Source of the DNA: Nannocystis pusilla | GTDB lineage: Bacteria > Myxococcota_A > Polyangia > Nannocystales > Nannocystaceae | Length of the DNA: 64,000 bases | Assembly (NCBI RefSeq): GCF_020073745.1 | Contig: NZ_JAIRAU010000047.1 | Location: 93,990-157,989, forward strand | Direction of reading: 5' to 3' | Shown: piece by piece, positions 43,139 through 53,400 of the stretch | How the letters are laid out: each line of letters starts with the position of its first letter | Position numbering within the stretch: the stretch's first letter is position 1 | Made by a program: the position numbers and the translations under genes | Notes under the pieces: generated by a model | The model's input: only the letters and a program-made list of their open reading frames with translations | Told to the model about the DNA's origin: nothing | The model's database searches: none

Positions 43139-44853
43139 TGCTCGACCTGGGAAAGCTGTCCTGCCTGGGCGAGGCGCTGCGTGACGCCACCATCACGTAC
43201 AAGAGCCGCGTCGCGCTGATCGAGGCCGATCGGCACCGCGAGAATTCGCGCCACACCTTCGCCGAGCTGCGGACGCAGGCCGAGCGGTTCGGGGCTGGTT
43301 TGCAGGTCCACGGGTTCGGGCCTGGCGATCGTTGTGCGATCGTCATGCAGAACCAGTCGAAGTGGCTCATCGGCGCCACCGGGGCCTTGTGGGCCGGCGC
43401 CGTCCTCGTCCCCATCGACTACAAGTTGACCGCTCCCGAGCAGCACGCCTTGCTCGCGCACTGTCGGCCGCGGGTCGTGCTCGCCGAGTGGCCGGCGTGG
43501 GACAAGCTGCAGCGCGAGGATCCCTCGATCTTCGAGCGCACCCTCGTCATCGTCACCGAGGCGCCGGAGGGCGCCAACGTCGGTCGGGCGCTGCGCTGGG
43601 AGGACCTGCCCCAGGGGTCAGGTTTCACCTTTCACGCGCGGGCGCGCGAGGACGTCGCCTGCATCGTCTACTCCTCGGGCACCGGCGGGGCGGCCAAGGG
43701 CTGTCAGCTGTCGCACCGCAACTATTTGGCGCAGGCCGAGACGCTCGGCAACCTCTACCCGCTGAGCGAGGGTGATCGTTACTTCTCGATCCTCCCGACC
43801 AACCACGCCATCGACTTCATGTGCGGCTTTTTGCTCGCGCTGATGATGGGCGGCGCCGTCGTCCACCAGCGGACCTTGAGGCCGGCCTATCTGGCAAGCA
43901 CCATGAAGAGATACGGCATCACGCACATGGCGCTGGTGCCGACGATCCTCAAGACCCTCGAGAAGAAGATCAAGGACAAGATCGCCGAGCTGCCGAGTTG
44001 GCAGCGGCTCGTGCTCGACGGCCTCATGGACATCAACGAGTACGCCACGCGGCAGGCGCCGAACCACGGGCTGAGCAAGACCTTGCTGGCCCCGATCCAC
44101 GAGTACTTCGGCGGCAAGCTGCGGCTCATGTTCTGCGGCGGCGCCTTCGTCGACCGGCAGAGCGCCGAGTACTTCAACCGGCTCGGGTTGCCGGTCGTCA
44201 TCGGCTACGGCCTCACCGAGGCCGGCACCGTCCTCACCGTCAACGACCTCAAGCCGTTCCGCGGCGACAGCGTCGGCAAGGCGGTCGAGGGCACCGAGAT
44301 CGAGCTGCGGGACGTCAACGAGAGCGGCGTCGGCGAGGTGTGGGTGCGCGGCCCCACCGTCATGTTGGGTTATCTGGACGCGCCCGAGCTGACGCGGGAA
44401 GCGCTCGTCGATGGTTGGCTGCGGACCGGCGACCTCGGCACGATGGACGCTGCCGGGCACCTCAAGCTGCTCGGTCGCAGCAAGAACATGATCGTCACGG
44501 AGGGCGGCAAGAACGTCTATCCGGAGGACATCGAGGCCGCCTTCGGCGACATCGACGACTGCGAGGAGTTCTGCGTGTTCGCGGCCAACTACATCTGGCC
44601 GACCGGCAAGATGACCGACGAGCAGCTGATCGTCGTCGTGCGGCCCAAGGCCGGGCTCGACGAGGCCGCGCGGGCCGACGTCATCGACGCCTTCCGCAAG
44701 CGCAACCGCCAGCTCGCCGACTACAAGCGGATCTCCGCCTACGTCTTGTGGGAGCGCGAGTTCCCGCGCACTGCCTCGCAGAAGATCAAGCGCGACCCTC
44801 TCGCCCGCGAGCTCAAGCCGCTCGGCCGCGCCCTCGCCCTGCGCGACCTGTAA
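43138..44853 (+). CDS. AMP-dependent synthetase/ligase (acyl-ACP synthetase or fatty-acyl-AMP ligase candidate), translationally coupled to the ACP
   Basis: IVYSSGTGGAAKG, YGLTEAG, and GWLRTGDLGTMDAAGHLKLLGRSKN are present. The ATG overlaps the ACP stop (TGATG). Confidence 0.85.
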   Translation: MLDLGKLSCLGEALRDATITYKSRVALIEADRHRENSRHTFAELRTQAERFGAGLQVHGFGPGDRCAIVMQNQSKWLIGATGALWAGAVLVPIDYKLTAPEQHALLAHCRPRVVLAEWPAWDKLQREDPSIFERTLVIVTEAPEGANVGRALRWEDLPQGSGFTFHARAREDVACIVYSSGTGGAAKGCQLSHRNYLAQAETLGNLYPLSEGDRYFSILPTNHAIDFMCGFLLALMMGGAVVHQRTLRPAYLASTMKRYGITHMALVPTILKTLEKKIKDKIAELPSWQRLVLDGLMDINEYATRQAPNHGLSKTLLAPIHEYFGGKLRLMFCGGAFVDRQSAEYFNRLGLPVVIGYGLTEAGTVLTVNDLKPFRGDSVGKAVEGTEIELRDVNESGVGEVWVRGPTVMLGYLDAPELTREALVDGWLRTGDLGTMDAAGHLKLLGRSKNMIVTEGGKNVYPEDIEAAFGDIDDCEEFCVFAANYIWPTGKMTDEQLIVVVRPKAGLDEAARADVIDAFRKRNRQLADYKRISAYVLWEREFPRTASQKIKRDPLARELKPLGRALALRDL

Positions 44854-44883
44854 TCGGCCTCCGGGGCCTGATAGGCTGCACCC

Positions 44884-45792
44884 ATGCACGATCCGGCCGC
44901 ACTCCTCGCAGTCGTCAATCCTGCCGCCGGCGGCGGCGTGTGCGGCAAGCGGGCCCCGGCGGCCGTCGAGCGGCTGCGGCAGTCGGGCGTCAAGGTCGAC
45001 GTCGTCGAGACCAGGGCGCCCGGCCAGGCCACCGACGTCGCGCGCGAGGCGGTCGCCGCCGGGCGGCGCCACTTCATCGCCGTCGGCGGCGACGGCACCA
45101 GCTACGAGCTCATCAACGGCATCTTCTCCGGCGCCTTGCCCGCGGGTGAGCGGCCCTCGCTCGGCATGCTGCCTCTCGGGACAGGCAACTCCTTCCTGCG
45201 GGACTTCACCGACCAGGGCGCCGAGTACGCGATCGAGGCCATCATCGCCGGCAAGACGCGCCCGTGCGACCTCATCCGCTGCACCCACACGCGCGGCGCC
45301 CTGCACTTCATCAACATCTTCAGCATCGGCTTCGTCGCCGACGTCGGGGCCACCCGCAACCGCAGCTTCTCGAGCCTGGGCGAGTTCGGCTACACCCTGA
45401 GCACCGTGCTGCGGGTGGCCGCGCTGCGGCCGTACACCTTCCCGATGCAGATCGATGGCCAGCCCGAGGATCGGGAGCCGCTGACCTTCCTCTCGTTCAA
45501 CAACAGCCGCTTCACCGGCGGCAAGATGATGATGGCGCCCGACGCCAACACGCGCGACGGTCTGCTCGACATCATCCGCGTCGGCCGCCTGGGCCGCGTC
45601 GGGCTCCTGCGCACCTTCCCGAAGATCTTCAGCGGCACCCACGTGCAGCACCCGGCCGTGCGCTGCTACCAGGCGCCTGGCCTCGACCTCCGCCTCGCCG
45701 GCGACATCGACGTGATGGTCGACGGCGAGATGATCAAGATCAACCCGCGGCGGCTGGAGGTCGTCCCGGCCGCGCTCGATGTCCGGACGTGA
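44884..45792 (+). CDS. lipid kinase of the DAGK_cat family (YegS/sphingosine-kinase-like)
   Basis: AVVNPAAGGG, …FIAVGGDGTSYELINGI…, and LPLGTGNSF are the diagnostic diacylglycerol-kinase catalytic-domain motifs. Confidence 0.8.
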   Translation: MHDPAALLAVVNPAAGGGVCGKRAPAAVERLRQSGVKVDVVETRAPGQATDVAREAVAAGRRHFIAVGGDGTSYELINGIFSGALPAGERPSLGMLPLGTGNSFLRDFTDQGAEYAIEAIIAGKTRPCDLIRCTHTRGALHFINIFSIGFVADVGATRNRSFSSLGEFGYTLSTVLRVAALRPYTFPMQIDGQPEDREPLTFLSFNNSRFTGGKMMMAPDANTRDGLLDIIRVGRLGRVGLLRTFPKIFSGTHVQHPAVRCYQAPGLDLRLAGDIDVMVDGEMIKINPRRLEVVPAALDVRT

Positions 45793-45797
45793 TCGTC

Positions 45798-46592
45798 ATG
45801 GTGTTCAAGTTCATCAAGAAGGCAGCTCAGGTCGTCTACTCCGCCGTCGTCTGGACGGTCTCGTTCGCGTGGATGGGCGCCGTCGCCGTCACGTGGGCCG
45901 CCGTGTCCACCGTCGTGCCCTCGCGCAAGACCCACAACTACATCGGCGGCCCCGGCATGGGTGCCGTCCTCAAGATCACGCTGAGCCGCGTCGAGATCAT
46001 CTACGACCCCGAATTCGACCCCGAGCGACGCGGCGTGTTCATGCAGAATCACGTCAACCTGCTCGACGCGCACGCCGCCTGCGCCTCGATCCCGCACGCC
46101 TTCTGCGGGCTGATGAACGCCTGGCAGTTCAAGATCCCGATGTACGGCTGGATCATGAAGCTCGCCGACGGCATCCCGGTGCCGAACGGCTCCAACCGCT
46201 ACCGTGCGATCGCCGAGGCCGCGCGCGACCGGGCCAAGAAGGGCATCTCGATCCTCGCCTTCCCCGAGGCTCACCGCACGCTCGACGGCAAGGTCGCCGA
46301 GTTCAAGCGCGGCGTGTTCTGGATGGCCCGGATCGCCGGCCTGCCGGTCATCCCGCTGGCCACGCACGGCATGTACGATCTGATGCAGAAGGGCTCGTAC
46401 TTGCTGACGCCGACGAAGATCACGATCTACGTCGGCGCGCCGATCGAGACCCGGGGCCTGTCCGACGCCGAGCTCGCGCAGGTCATGGAGCGGACCCACA
46501 AGATCATCGCCGACTTCGCCGAGCGCGGCATCGTGCCCGGGCGCACGGCCCCGATCCCCTCCGACGTGACGCCGATCGCCTCCGGCGCGTGA
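45798..46592 (+). CDS. 1-acyl-sn-glycerol-3-phosphate acyltransferase (LPLAT/AGPAT family), membrane-anchored
   Basis: An N-terminal transmembrane helix, motif I FMQNHVNLLDAH (HX4D) and motif III ILAFPEAHRT (FPEGTR-like) are present. It is 6 nt downstream of the kinase. Confidence 0.8.
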   Translation: MVFKFIKKAAQVVYSAVVWTVSFAWMGAVAVTWAAVSTVVPSRKTHNYIGGPGMGAVLKITLSRVEIIYDPEFDPERRGVFMQNHVNLLDAHAACASIPHAFCGLMNAWQFKIPMYGWIMKLADGIPVPNGSNRYRAIAEAARDRAKKGISILAFPEAHRTLDGKVAEFKRGVFWMARIAGLPVIPLATHGMYDLMQKGSYLLTPTKITIYVGAPIETRGLSDAELAQVMERTHKIIADFAERGIVPGRTAPIPSDVTPIASGA

Positions 46593-46906
46593 TCGTCAGC
46601 GGTCGGCCCCCGTCGTCGATCGGGGTCGGTCGATCCTCCGTCTGCATCTCGCGGCGGCGAGCATGTGGGCTTGGGTGTCATCGCTGCCGCGGCGCTCGTC
46701 ATTCGCGAGCGACCGCGGCAAGATCGTTGCGAGTTTCTTTGCAGGTGCACGCCGCGTCGATCCTGGTGTGTGTCACGGACGCACGAATGCGAGCGCGTAC
46801 GTGACCGGACAGTGGTGCGCCGGACACTTGCGTCCGGATCGCGACCTCCTCGCTTGCGCTCCACATTGACCTCGATCATGCAGTTCGGACAGGAGATGAT
46901 GAGCTC

Positions 46907-47923
46907 ATGACTCGTGGGATCTGCCTTTTGCTCATCGGTTCGGTGGTGGCGTGTGATGTCGTGGGGAGCGCCGACGGAACAGCGATTTCGGCGCGCAACG
47001 ACGCCGACAACGGCATCGCGTTGAATACCGCGCAGCTCAACGGCTGGAACCTCAACGGCATGCGCGTGAACGGCACCGCCCTCAACGGCATGCGCGTGAA
47101 CGGGTGGAACCTCAACGGGTGGAACCTCAACGGCATCAGCCTGGTCGGCAGCAGCTTCTCTGCCACGCATGACGTCGACGGCACACCCGTGCCCGTCAGC
47201 GGCGACGATCTGATCGGTTCGGTGCTCACGCTCGAGGGCGGCGACACCACCTTCGTCCTGCGCTTCGACGACATCTATCTCGACCCGGCCGACCCGAACG
47301 GCGACGTGTGGTTCTACGACATCTCGGTCCAGGACAACGAGACCAGCCAGTGGTCGAGCCTCTGCAACGACCACAACGGTCAGCCGACCCAGGCGATCGC
47401 GATCGCCAACTGGTGGAACCCCACCACCGGCGCCCGGGTCGACGATCCCACGGCGGTGACGTTCGCCTGCCGCGACGCCGTGCTGGCCAAGTGTGTCGAG
47501 TGGGGCTACCGCCCGTGGGCGACCGTCGGCGGCGTCGGGCTCGCCGATCACCACCAGGCGTGCACGCGACTGGCCCGCGCCGACTACTGCGGCGACGGCA
47601 CCCCGCACACCTTCACCGGCACGCCGATCGACGTGTTCGACGCGCTCACTCCGGCGATCCAGAGCCCGGCCACCCTCGATCGTCAGAGCTGGGGCATCGA
47701 GGCCGAGTGGGGCCCGAACGGCGCCGTGTGCATCGGCGACCAGCTGCGCCTCAAGATGTACGACGACAACGGCGTGCCCTACGACTTCCCGGGCTGCTTC
47801 GACGCCCTCGACGACATCAGCGGCTGCGGCGACTTCGACAGCAGCCGCGGCGCCCTCCTCGCCGACCGCTACTGCGACGTGTGGGAGAGCGACCCGGGCG
47901 CCTGCGCGGCCGCCACGTACTAA
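46907..47923 (+). CDS. secreted lipoprotein with N-terminal pentapeptide-type repeats ([10 protein letters not shown] x7) and a C-terminal Cys-rich ADYCGDG domain
   Basis: A lipobox (LLIGSVVAC) is present. The repeat is [35 protein letters not shown]. The C-terminus contains [13 protein letters not shown]. Confidence 0.6.
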   Translation: MTRGICLLLIGSVVACDVVGSADGTAISARNDADNGIALNTAQLNGWNLNGMRVNGTALNGMRVNGWNLNGWNLNGISLVGSSFSATHDVDGTPVPVSGDDLIGSVLTLEGGDTTFVLRFDDIYLDPADPNGDVWFYDISVQDNETSQWSSLCNDHNGQPTQAIAIANWWNPTTGARVDDPTAVTFACRDAVLAKCVEWGYRPWATVGGVGLADHHQACTRLARADYCGDGTPHTFTGTPIDVFDALTPAIQSPATLDRQSWGIEAEWGPNGAVCIGDQLRLKMYDDNGVPYDFPGCFDALDDISGCGDFDSSRGALLADRYCDVWESDPGACAAATY

Positions 47924-48741
47924 CCTCTGGCGAACGCCAGCAGGTCGGCGTTCAGCTGGTGCTGGTGCGTCTGCGCCAGCCCGTGCGACCCGCCGGCGTA
48001 CACCTTCAGCGTCGCGCCCTTCACCAGCTTGCTCGACAGCGCGGCCGAGCCGGCGAAGGGCACCATCTGGTCGTCGTCGCCGTGGATGATCAGCGTCGGC
48101 ACCGCGAAGCGCTTGAGGTCCTCGGTGAAGTCGGTCTGCGAGAACGCCTTGATGCAGTCGTACTGGCCCTTCAGCCCGCCCATCATGCCCTGCAGCCAGA
48201 AGCTGTCGCGCATGCCCTGCGACACCTGCGAGTCGGGGCGGTTGGCGCCGAAGAACGGTCCCGACAGGTCGCGGTAGAACTGCGAACGGTCGGCGGTCAC
48301 CCCGCGACGAATGTCGTCGAAGGCCGTCAGCGGCAGGCCGTTCGGGTGCGTCGGCGACTGCACCATCACCGGCGGCACCGCGCCGACCAGCACCGCCTTC
48401 GCCACGCGTTCCTGGCCGTGACGGCCGATGAAGCGCGCCACCTCACCGCCGCCGGTCGAGTGCCCGACCAGGATCGCCTGCTTCAGGTCGAGCGCCGCGA
48501 ACAGCTCGGCGAGGTCGTCGGCGTACTGGTCCATGTCGTTGCCCTGCCACGGCTGACTGGATCGCCCGTGACCACGGCGGTCGTGGGCGATCGCGCGGAA
48601 GCCATGGTCGGCCAGGTACATCATCTGGGCGTCCCAGGCGTCCGCCGTCAGCGGCCAGCCGTGACTGAAGACCACCGGCTGCCCCGTGCCCCAGTCCTTG
48701 AAGTAGATCGTCGTCCCGTCCCTGGTCGTGATGTGCGGCAT
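47920..48741 (-). CDS. alpha/beta hydrolase (non-heme haloperoxidase/arylesterase-like)
   Basis: [18 protein letters not shown]…[10 protein letters not shown] (nucleophile elbow GHSxG)…[11 protein letters not shown]…H are present. The gene is convergent with the upstream gene (4-nt overlap). Confidence 0.8.
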   Translation of the reverse strand: MPHITTRDGTTIYFKDWGTGQPVVFSHGWPLTADAWDAQMMYLADHGFRAIAHDRRGHGRSSQPWQGNDMDQYADDLAELFAALDLKQAILVGHSTGGGEVARFIGRHGQERVAKAVLVGAVPPVMVQSPTHPNGLPLTAFDDIRRGVTADRSQFYRDLSGPFFGANRPDSQVSQGMRDSFWLQGMMGGLKGQYDCIKAFSQTDFTEDLKRFAVPTLIIHGDDDQMVPFAGSAALSSKLVKGATLKVYAGGSHGLAQTHQHQLNADLLAFARG

Positions 48742-48939
48742 CGGCCTCGTCTCCCCGCGCACACTGTAGTGCAGGGTCGCGCCGCGCGAGCCAGGACGCG
48801 CGCCCGCGTCACCGCGGACCTGCATCACGACGGGGGTCGTCGACCCACAGCCGGCTCTGCGCGTGCCCCGCGATCGCGTGACGATCGAAACTGACCTGTC
48901 CCTTCAGACACATGCGAAGAATGCGAGCGCCGAGCACTC

Positions 48940-49530
48940 TCACCAGCGGTCGTCGCGATAGGAGCTCAGCCCCAGGTCCTCGATCCTGCGGATCGGCGGC
49001 GCCGGCTCTTCGGGCGGAGGCGGCGCATCGAGCCGCGAGAGACGCAGCCCCCTGTAGGTCCACTCGATTCGCCACCCACGCGCGGCGAACACCGCGGCCT
49101 CGTCGGCGCTCCGGGCCCCGTCGACGAACCTGCCCGCGACGTACCACGACGGCGTGGGGACGCCCTGCTCCGGAACGACGGCGAACGCGTCCTCCTTGAG
49201 CCACCGGCACGCCAGCGCTGCGGGGAGCCAGCGCACCCCCCAGCTCTCCACGGCGAGGATCTCCAGCGCCGCGGCGCACACGATCGGCGCCTCGGCGTCG
49301 GGTCCGTTGGCCGGGACCGGCACGATGAACGCCGCCAGCCGAGGATCGCCGCGGACGTGCTCGAGCGCGGACCGGCTCGTCTTGCACGCGTCGGACGAGA
49401 ACATCGCGATCTTGTCGGGGCCGATCACGCGCCACGGCGACAGGAACCCGCGCAGCACCGGCGCCAGGGCCACCGCGACCATGCAGCCGAGCAGCCAGGC
49501 GCCGAGGTGAAACAACCACGCGCGACTCAT
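48940..49530 (-). CDS. hypothetical membrane-anchored protein
   Basis: The 196-aa protein has an N-terminal transmembrane helix. Its start overlaps the stop of the upstream gene (ATGA), which implies an operon. Confidence 0.45.
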   Translation of the reverse strand: MSRAWLFHLGAWLLGCMVAVALAPVLRGFLSPWRVIGPDKIAMFSSDACKTSRSALEHVRGDPRLAAFIVPVPANGPDAEAPIVCAAALEILAVESWGVRWLPAALACRWLKEDAFAVVPEQGVPTPSWYVAGRFVDGARSADEAAVFAARGWRIEWTYRGLRLSRLDAPPPPEEPAPPIRRIEDLGLSSYRDDRW

Positions 49531-50240
49531 CGTCGCTGCCCTCGCTGCTGCAACACCGCCAGCAGCCGCGCCTTCCGCTCGCGGAAGAACCTGTGCAGGC
49601 GCTGCGCCTCGGCGGGCATCGAGAGGAGGTCCGGCGGATCCGGGGCCGCGAGGAGGTCCGTCAGCTCCGCACGCTCGCGCGCCTCGTCCTCCGCGCTGGG
49701 CCGACGCGTCGCGTGCGTCACCTTGTCGGTGATCCGCAGGCCGGACGGGTGCGCGAGAAAGACGTCCCCGGGCACCTCGAGCTGCGCGCTCGCCAGCCCC
49801 GGCAGGCGACACTCGACGTACGCCCGACACGGCGATGCCTCGCCCGCGAGCACGAGCGCCTCGATCCCGAGCACCCGCCCGCGTCGATCGGGGTCGAGCC
49901 ACAGCGAGTACTCGACCCGGCAATTCGCGTCCTCCGGCAGCTCGTGCAAGCGCGAGATGCACGCCCGCTTGTCGGCGGCGAGCAGCTCCGGATCGTGGAG
50001 CTGCAGCAGCAGGGGCAGCCATTGCGTCTCGCCGTGGAGCACGTAGCGATCGAGCGGGAAGACCACGTCGGCGGCGCGGAACTCTGGCGCGTCGGTGCCC
50101 AGGCTCACCGTCGTCGGCTCGGGGGTCTCGGACGCGGGCGGCGTGCGCGGCTGCGAGTTTGCCACGGCGATCCCCAGCATCAGCCCCGAGGTCAGCGCGG
50201 CCCCGGCCAGCCCCGTGAGAACCGGCTGCCACCAGCGCAT
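49527..50240 (-). CDS. hypothetical exported protein
   Basis: A signal-like N-terminus (LTGLAGAALTSGLMLGIAVA) is present. It is co-transcribed with the downstream ORF. Confidence 0.45.
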   Translation of the reverse strand: MRWWQPVLTGLAGAALTSGLMLGIAVANSQPRTPPASETPEPTTVSLGTDAPEFRAADVVFPLDRYVLHGETQWLPLLLQLHDPELLAADKRACISRLHELPEDANCRVEYSLWLDPDRRGRVLGIEALVLAGEASPCRAYVECRLPGLASAQLEVPGDVFLAHPSGLRITDKVTHATRRPSAEDEARERAELTDLLAAPDPPDLLSMPAEAQRLHRFFRERKARLLAVLQQRGQRR

Positions 50241-50839
50241 CAGCGCGCTTCCCTGGCGGCCCGGCTATTCCGCCGCCAGCGGCGCGCCGGTGTCGTCGTC
50301 GCGGGCGGGAGGGCGATTGGTGGCACTGTCGGCACGGACCGTCCCCAACGACGGTCGCGCGACGAGACGTGAATTGCAAGGCGAATCTCCCGGGGCGAGG
50401 GCGACCCGCCCCGATGGACCCCCTGGTGATGTCCCTGACCACAGGTCGATGTGGCTTTACCGTCCTGTCCCAAGAGACATGTGATGGACAGGTTGGCGCC
50501 CGCGAGCTCCGTCGCACAGCAGGCCGATGCGAGCAGTACGACCTCGCCGGCCGCGCAGGCGGGTGTCCGGAAATGGGACGGCCGGTGCCGGAACCGGACA
50601 CGCCGCCGGGCACGCCCGGGCCAAGGCTACGAGATCATTGACGGCACGGCGATTGCCAGACGATGTCCGGGGGCCGGGCGAGCACGTGTCTGACCTGACT
50701 CAAGGGACACACCCGGGCCTGCGCCGGCGCGAACAGCGAGAGGACCGCGAAATGCCCGTCAACATGGAGAGCGCACCGAGCCCCGGCTTCGCCGGCCGCA
50801 TGCATTCGTTCGTGGGTCGCGTGACGACGGAGGACCGCC

Positions 50840-53284
50840 ATGTCCGCGCTGCTTAGGGACCTGCGCTTCGCGCTGCGCACGCTGGGCAAGAGCCCGGGCT
50901 ACGCGTGCGTGGCGATCATCACCCTCGCGGTGGCGATCGGCGCCAACACGGCGATCTTCAGCGCCGTCAATCGCGTGCTCCTCAAGCCGCTGCCATTCGC
51001 CGACCCCGAGCGGCTGCTGTACATCTACGAGAGCCGCCCGGAGCTCGGCATGGTGACGCCGTCGTACCCCAACTACATCGATTACCGGGACGGCAACGCC
51101 TCGTTCGACGCCGTCGGGGCGGTCACCATGTCGAACATGACGGCGACCGGACGCGGCGAGCCCGAGCGGTTGAACGTGGAGTGGTACTCGCAGAACTTGC
51201 TGCCGATTCTGGGCGTCGAGCCCGCGCTCGGCCGCAACTTCCTGCCCGAGGAGGACGTGCCGAACGGCAAGAAGGCGGTCCTGCTGTCGCACAGCTTCTG
51301 GACGCGGCGCTTCGCCGCCGATCCCGAGGTCATCGGCAGTCCGATCACCCTCGACGGCAGCGACTGGACGATCGTCGGCGTCATGCCGCCCGGGTTCCAG
51401 TTCGCCTTCCATGTCGACAAGCACATCATCGCCCCGCTCGGCACGCGGGCCGAGGAGGAGGCCTTCCGCCACCGCGCCGCGGTCCTGGCCCTGTTCACGG
51501 TCGCGCGCCTGAAGGACGGCGTGACCCTCGCCCAGGCCACGGAGGACATGAACGCGCTGGGCGACGGCCTGGCGCGCAGATTCCCCGGCGAATACGGGCA
51601 GGCGAGGCCGGTTCTCGCCGACCTGCAGGCGGAGGTCACCCAGGAGCACCGCGGCTGGCTGATGATGATGATGTGCGCGGTGGTCTTCGTGCTGCTGATC
51701 GCGATCGCCAACGTCGCCAACCTGATGCTCGAGCGGGCGATGCGGCGCCAGAAGGAGATGAGCGTGCGCGCGGCCCTGGGCGCGGGGCGCTGGCGGTTGA
51801 TCCGCCAATTGCTGGTCGAGAGCTCGCTCGTCGCGCTGCTCAGCGGCGGGCTCGGGCTCCTGCTGGCGCTGTGGGGCGTCGACCTGCTGACCGCGGCGCT
51901 GCCGCAGAGGCTCGGGCTTGCGATCTTCGGGCCGATCGCGATCGACCGCACGGTGTTGATATTCACACTGCTGGTGGCGAGCGGCACCGGACTGTTGTTC
52001 GGGCTGGTGCCGGCGGTCTACGCCTCGCGCCAGGACCTCGCGCAGGCGATCAAAGAGGGCGACCAGCGCGCGACCTCCGGGTCCCGGCACCTGCGCGCGC
52101 GCAGCTTGCTGGTCGTCGGCGAAGTGGCGCTGGCGCTGATGCTGCTGGTCGCCGCCGGGCTGACGATGCGCGGCCTGGCCCGCCTGCAGTCGGTCGACCT
52201 CGGCTTCGATGCGACCCATGTGCTGACCGCCGCCGTCCCGGTGACACCCGAGCACAACGCGACGGCGGCCCAGCTGCGCATGTTCGTCGGCGAGCTCCAG
52301 CGCCGCGTCGCCGCGCTCCCCGGCGTCACCGCGGTGAGCCTGCAGGCGGGCGCGCCGTTCATCGGCGCCCACCACGACAACTTCCTGCCGCTCGACGATC
52401 CGCGCCCGATCCTCAGCGGTCCGGTGTCGGTGGTGTACTTCGTCGACGTCGGCGGCATCGAGATGCTGCGGAACCGGCTGCTGGCGGGCCGCACGTTCGG
52501 CGCCGAGGACACGCCCGAGGCGCCGCCGAAGGTCATCATCGACAAGGTGCTCGCCGACAAGTTCTTCCCCGGCCAGGACCCGGTCGGACAGCGGCTGCGC
52601 GACCGACTCAGCGAGCAGCCGAGCGTCGAGATCGTCGGCGTCGTCGACCACGTGAAGCACTACTCGCTCGACGACTGGGAGGTCGCGCCGTACCAGATGT
52701 ACTACCTCTATTCGCAGGTGCCCGACAAGCTGCGGCAGGGGATCTCGGGGTTGACCCTGCTGGTGCGCACGCAGGGCGAGCCGGGCGAGCTCGCCCCGCA
52801 GGTCCGCTCGGCCGTCGCCGAGCTCGACCCGAAGCTGGCCGTCCACAGCATCGACACCTACGAGAAGATCATCGGCACGACGCTCGAGTCGCCGCGGTTC
52901 GTCCTCCGCCTGCTGACGATCTTCGCCGGGCTCGCGCTGCTGCTGGCCGCGGTCGGACTCTACGCGGTGATGTCGAACGCCGTGGCCCAGCGGACGCACG
53001 AGCTCGGCGTGCGCCTGGCCCTGGGCGCGCAGCCGCAGGCGGTGGTCGCCCTCGTCGTCCGCCAGAGCGCGCGGCTGATCGCCATCGGCCTCGTCGTCGG
53101 TACCGCCGGCGCGCTGGCGCTGTCACGGGTGCTGGCCTCGACGCTGCCCGACCTCGGCAACGCCGACCCGCTGACCTTCACCGCGGTGGCGCTGATCCTC
53201 GTGGTCGTCGGGTTGACGGCGACCTACGTCCCTGCGCGCCGCGCCACCCGCATCGATCCGATGGTGGTGCTGCGCCACGAATGA
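50840..53284 (+). CDS. ABC transporter permease with two FtsX-like domains (MacB/ADOP-type), orphan
   Basis: The 814-aa protein has an N-terminal transmembrane region, a periplasmic MacB-like domain, 4 transmembrane segments, a second periplasmic domain and 3-4 further transmembrane segments (…LTLLVRTQGEP…). Confidence 0.85.
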   Translation: MSALLRDLRFALRTLGKSPGYACVAIITLAVAIGANTAIFSAVNRVLLKPLPFADPERLLYIYESRPELGMVTPSYPNYIDYRDGNASFDAVGAVTMSNMTATGRGEPERLNVEWYSQNLLPILGVEPALGRNFLPEEDVPNGKKAVLLSHSFWTRRFAADPEVIGSPITLDGSDWTIVGVMPPGFQFAFHVDKHIIAPLGTRAEEEAFRHRAAVLALFTVARLKDGVTLAQATEDMNALGDGLARRFPGEYGQARPVLADLQAEVTQEHRGWLMMMMCAVVFVLLIAIANVANLMLERAMRRQKEMSVRAALGAGRWRLIRQLLVESSLVALLSGGLGLLLALWGVDLLTAALPQRLGLAIFGPIAIDRTVLIFTLLVASGTGLLFGLVPAVYASRQDLAQAIKEGDQRATSGSRHLRARSLLVVGEVALALMLLVAAGLTMRGLARLQSVDLGFDATHVLTAAVPVTPEHNATAAQLRMFVGELQRRVAALPGVTAVSLQAGAPFIGAHHDNFLPLDDPRPILSGPVSVVYFVDVGGIEMLRNRLLAGRTFGAEDTPEAPPKVIIDKVLADKFFPGQDPVGQRLRDRLSEQPSVEIVGVVDHVKHYSLDDWEVAPYQMYYLYSQVPDKLRQGISGLTLLVRTQGEPGELAPQVRSAVAELDPKLAVHSIDTYEKIIGTTLESPRFVLRLLTIFAGLALLLAAVGLYAVMSNAVAQRTHELGVRLALGAQPQAVVALVVRQSARLIAIGLVVGTAGALALSRVLASTLPDLGNADPLTFTAVALILVVVGLTATYVPARRATRIDPMVVLRHE

Positions 53285-53400
53285 GCGCGCTCGGGTGAGC
53301 GCGAGACCGCGTGATCCGCCGGCCTTGAAGAGCATGTCCTGGACGACATGCTCGATCGGTCCTCGCCGCCGCCGGCTTCGACTCCGGCGCGCCGCCGGGC

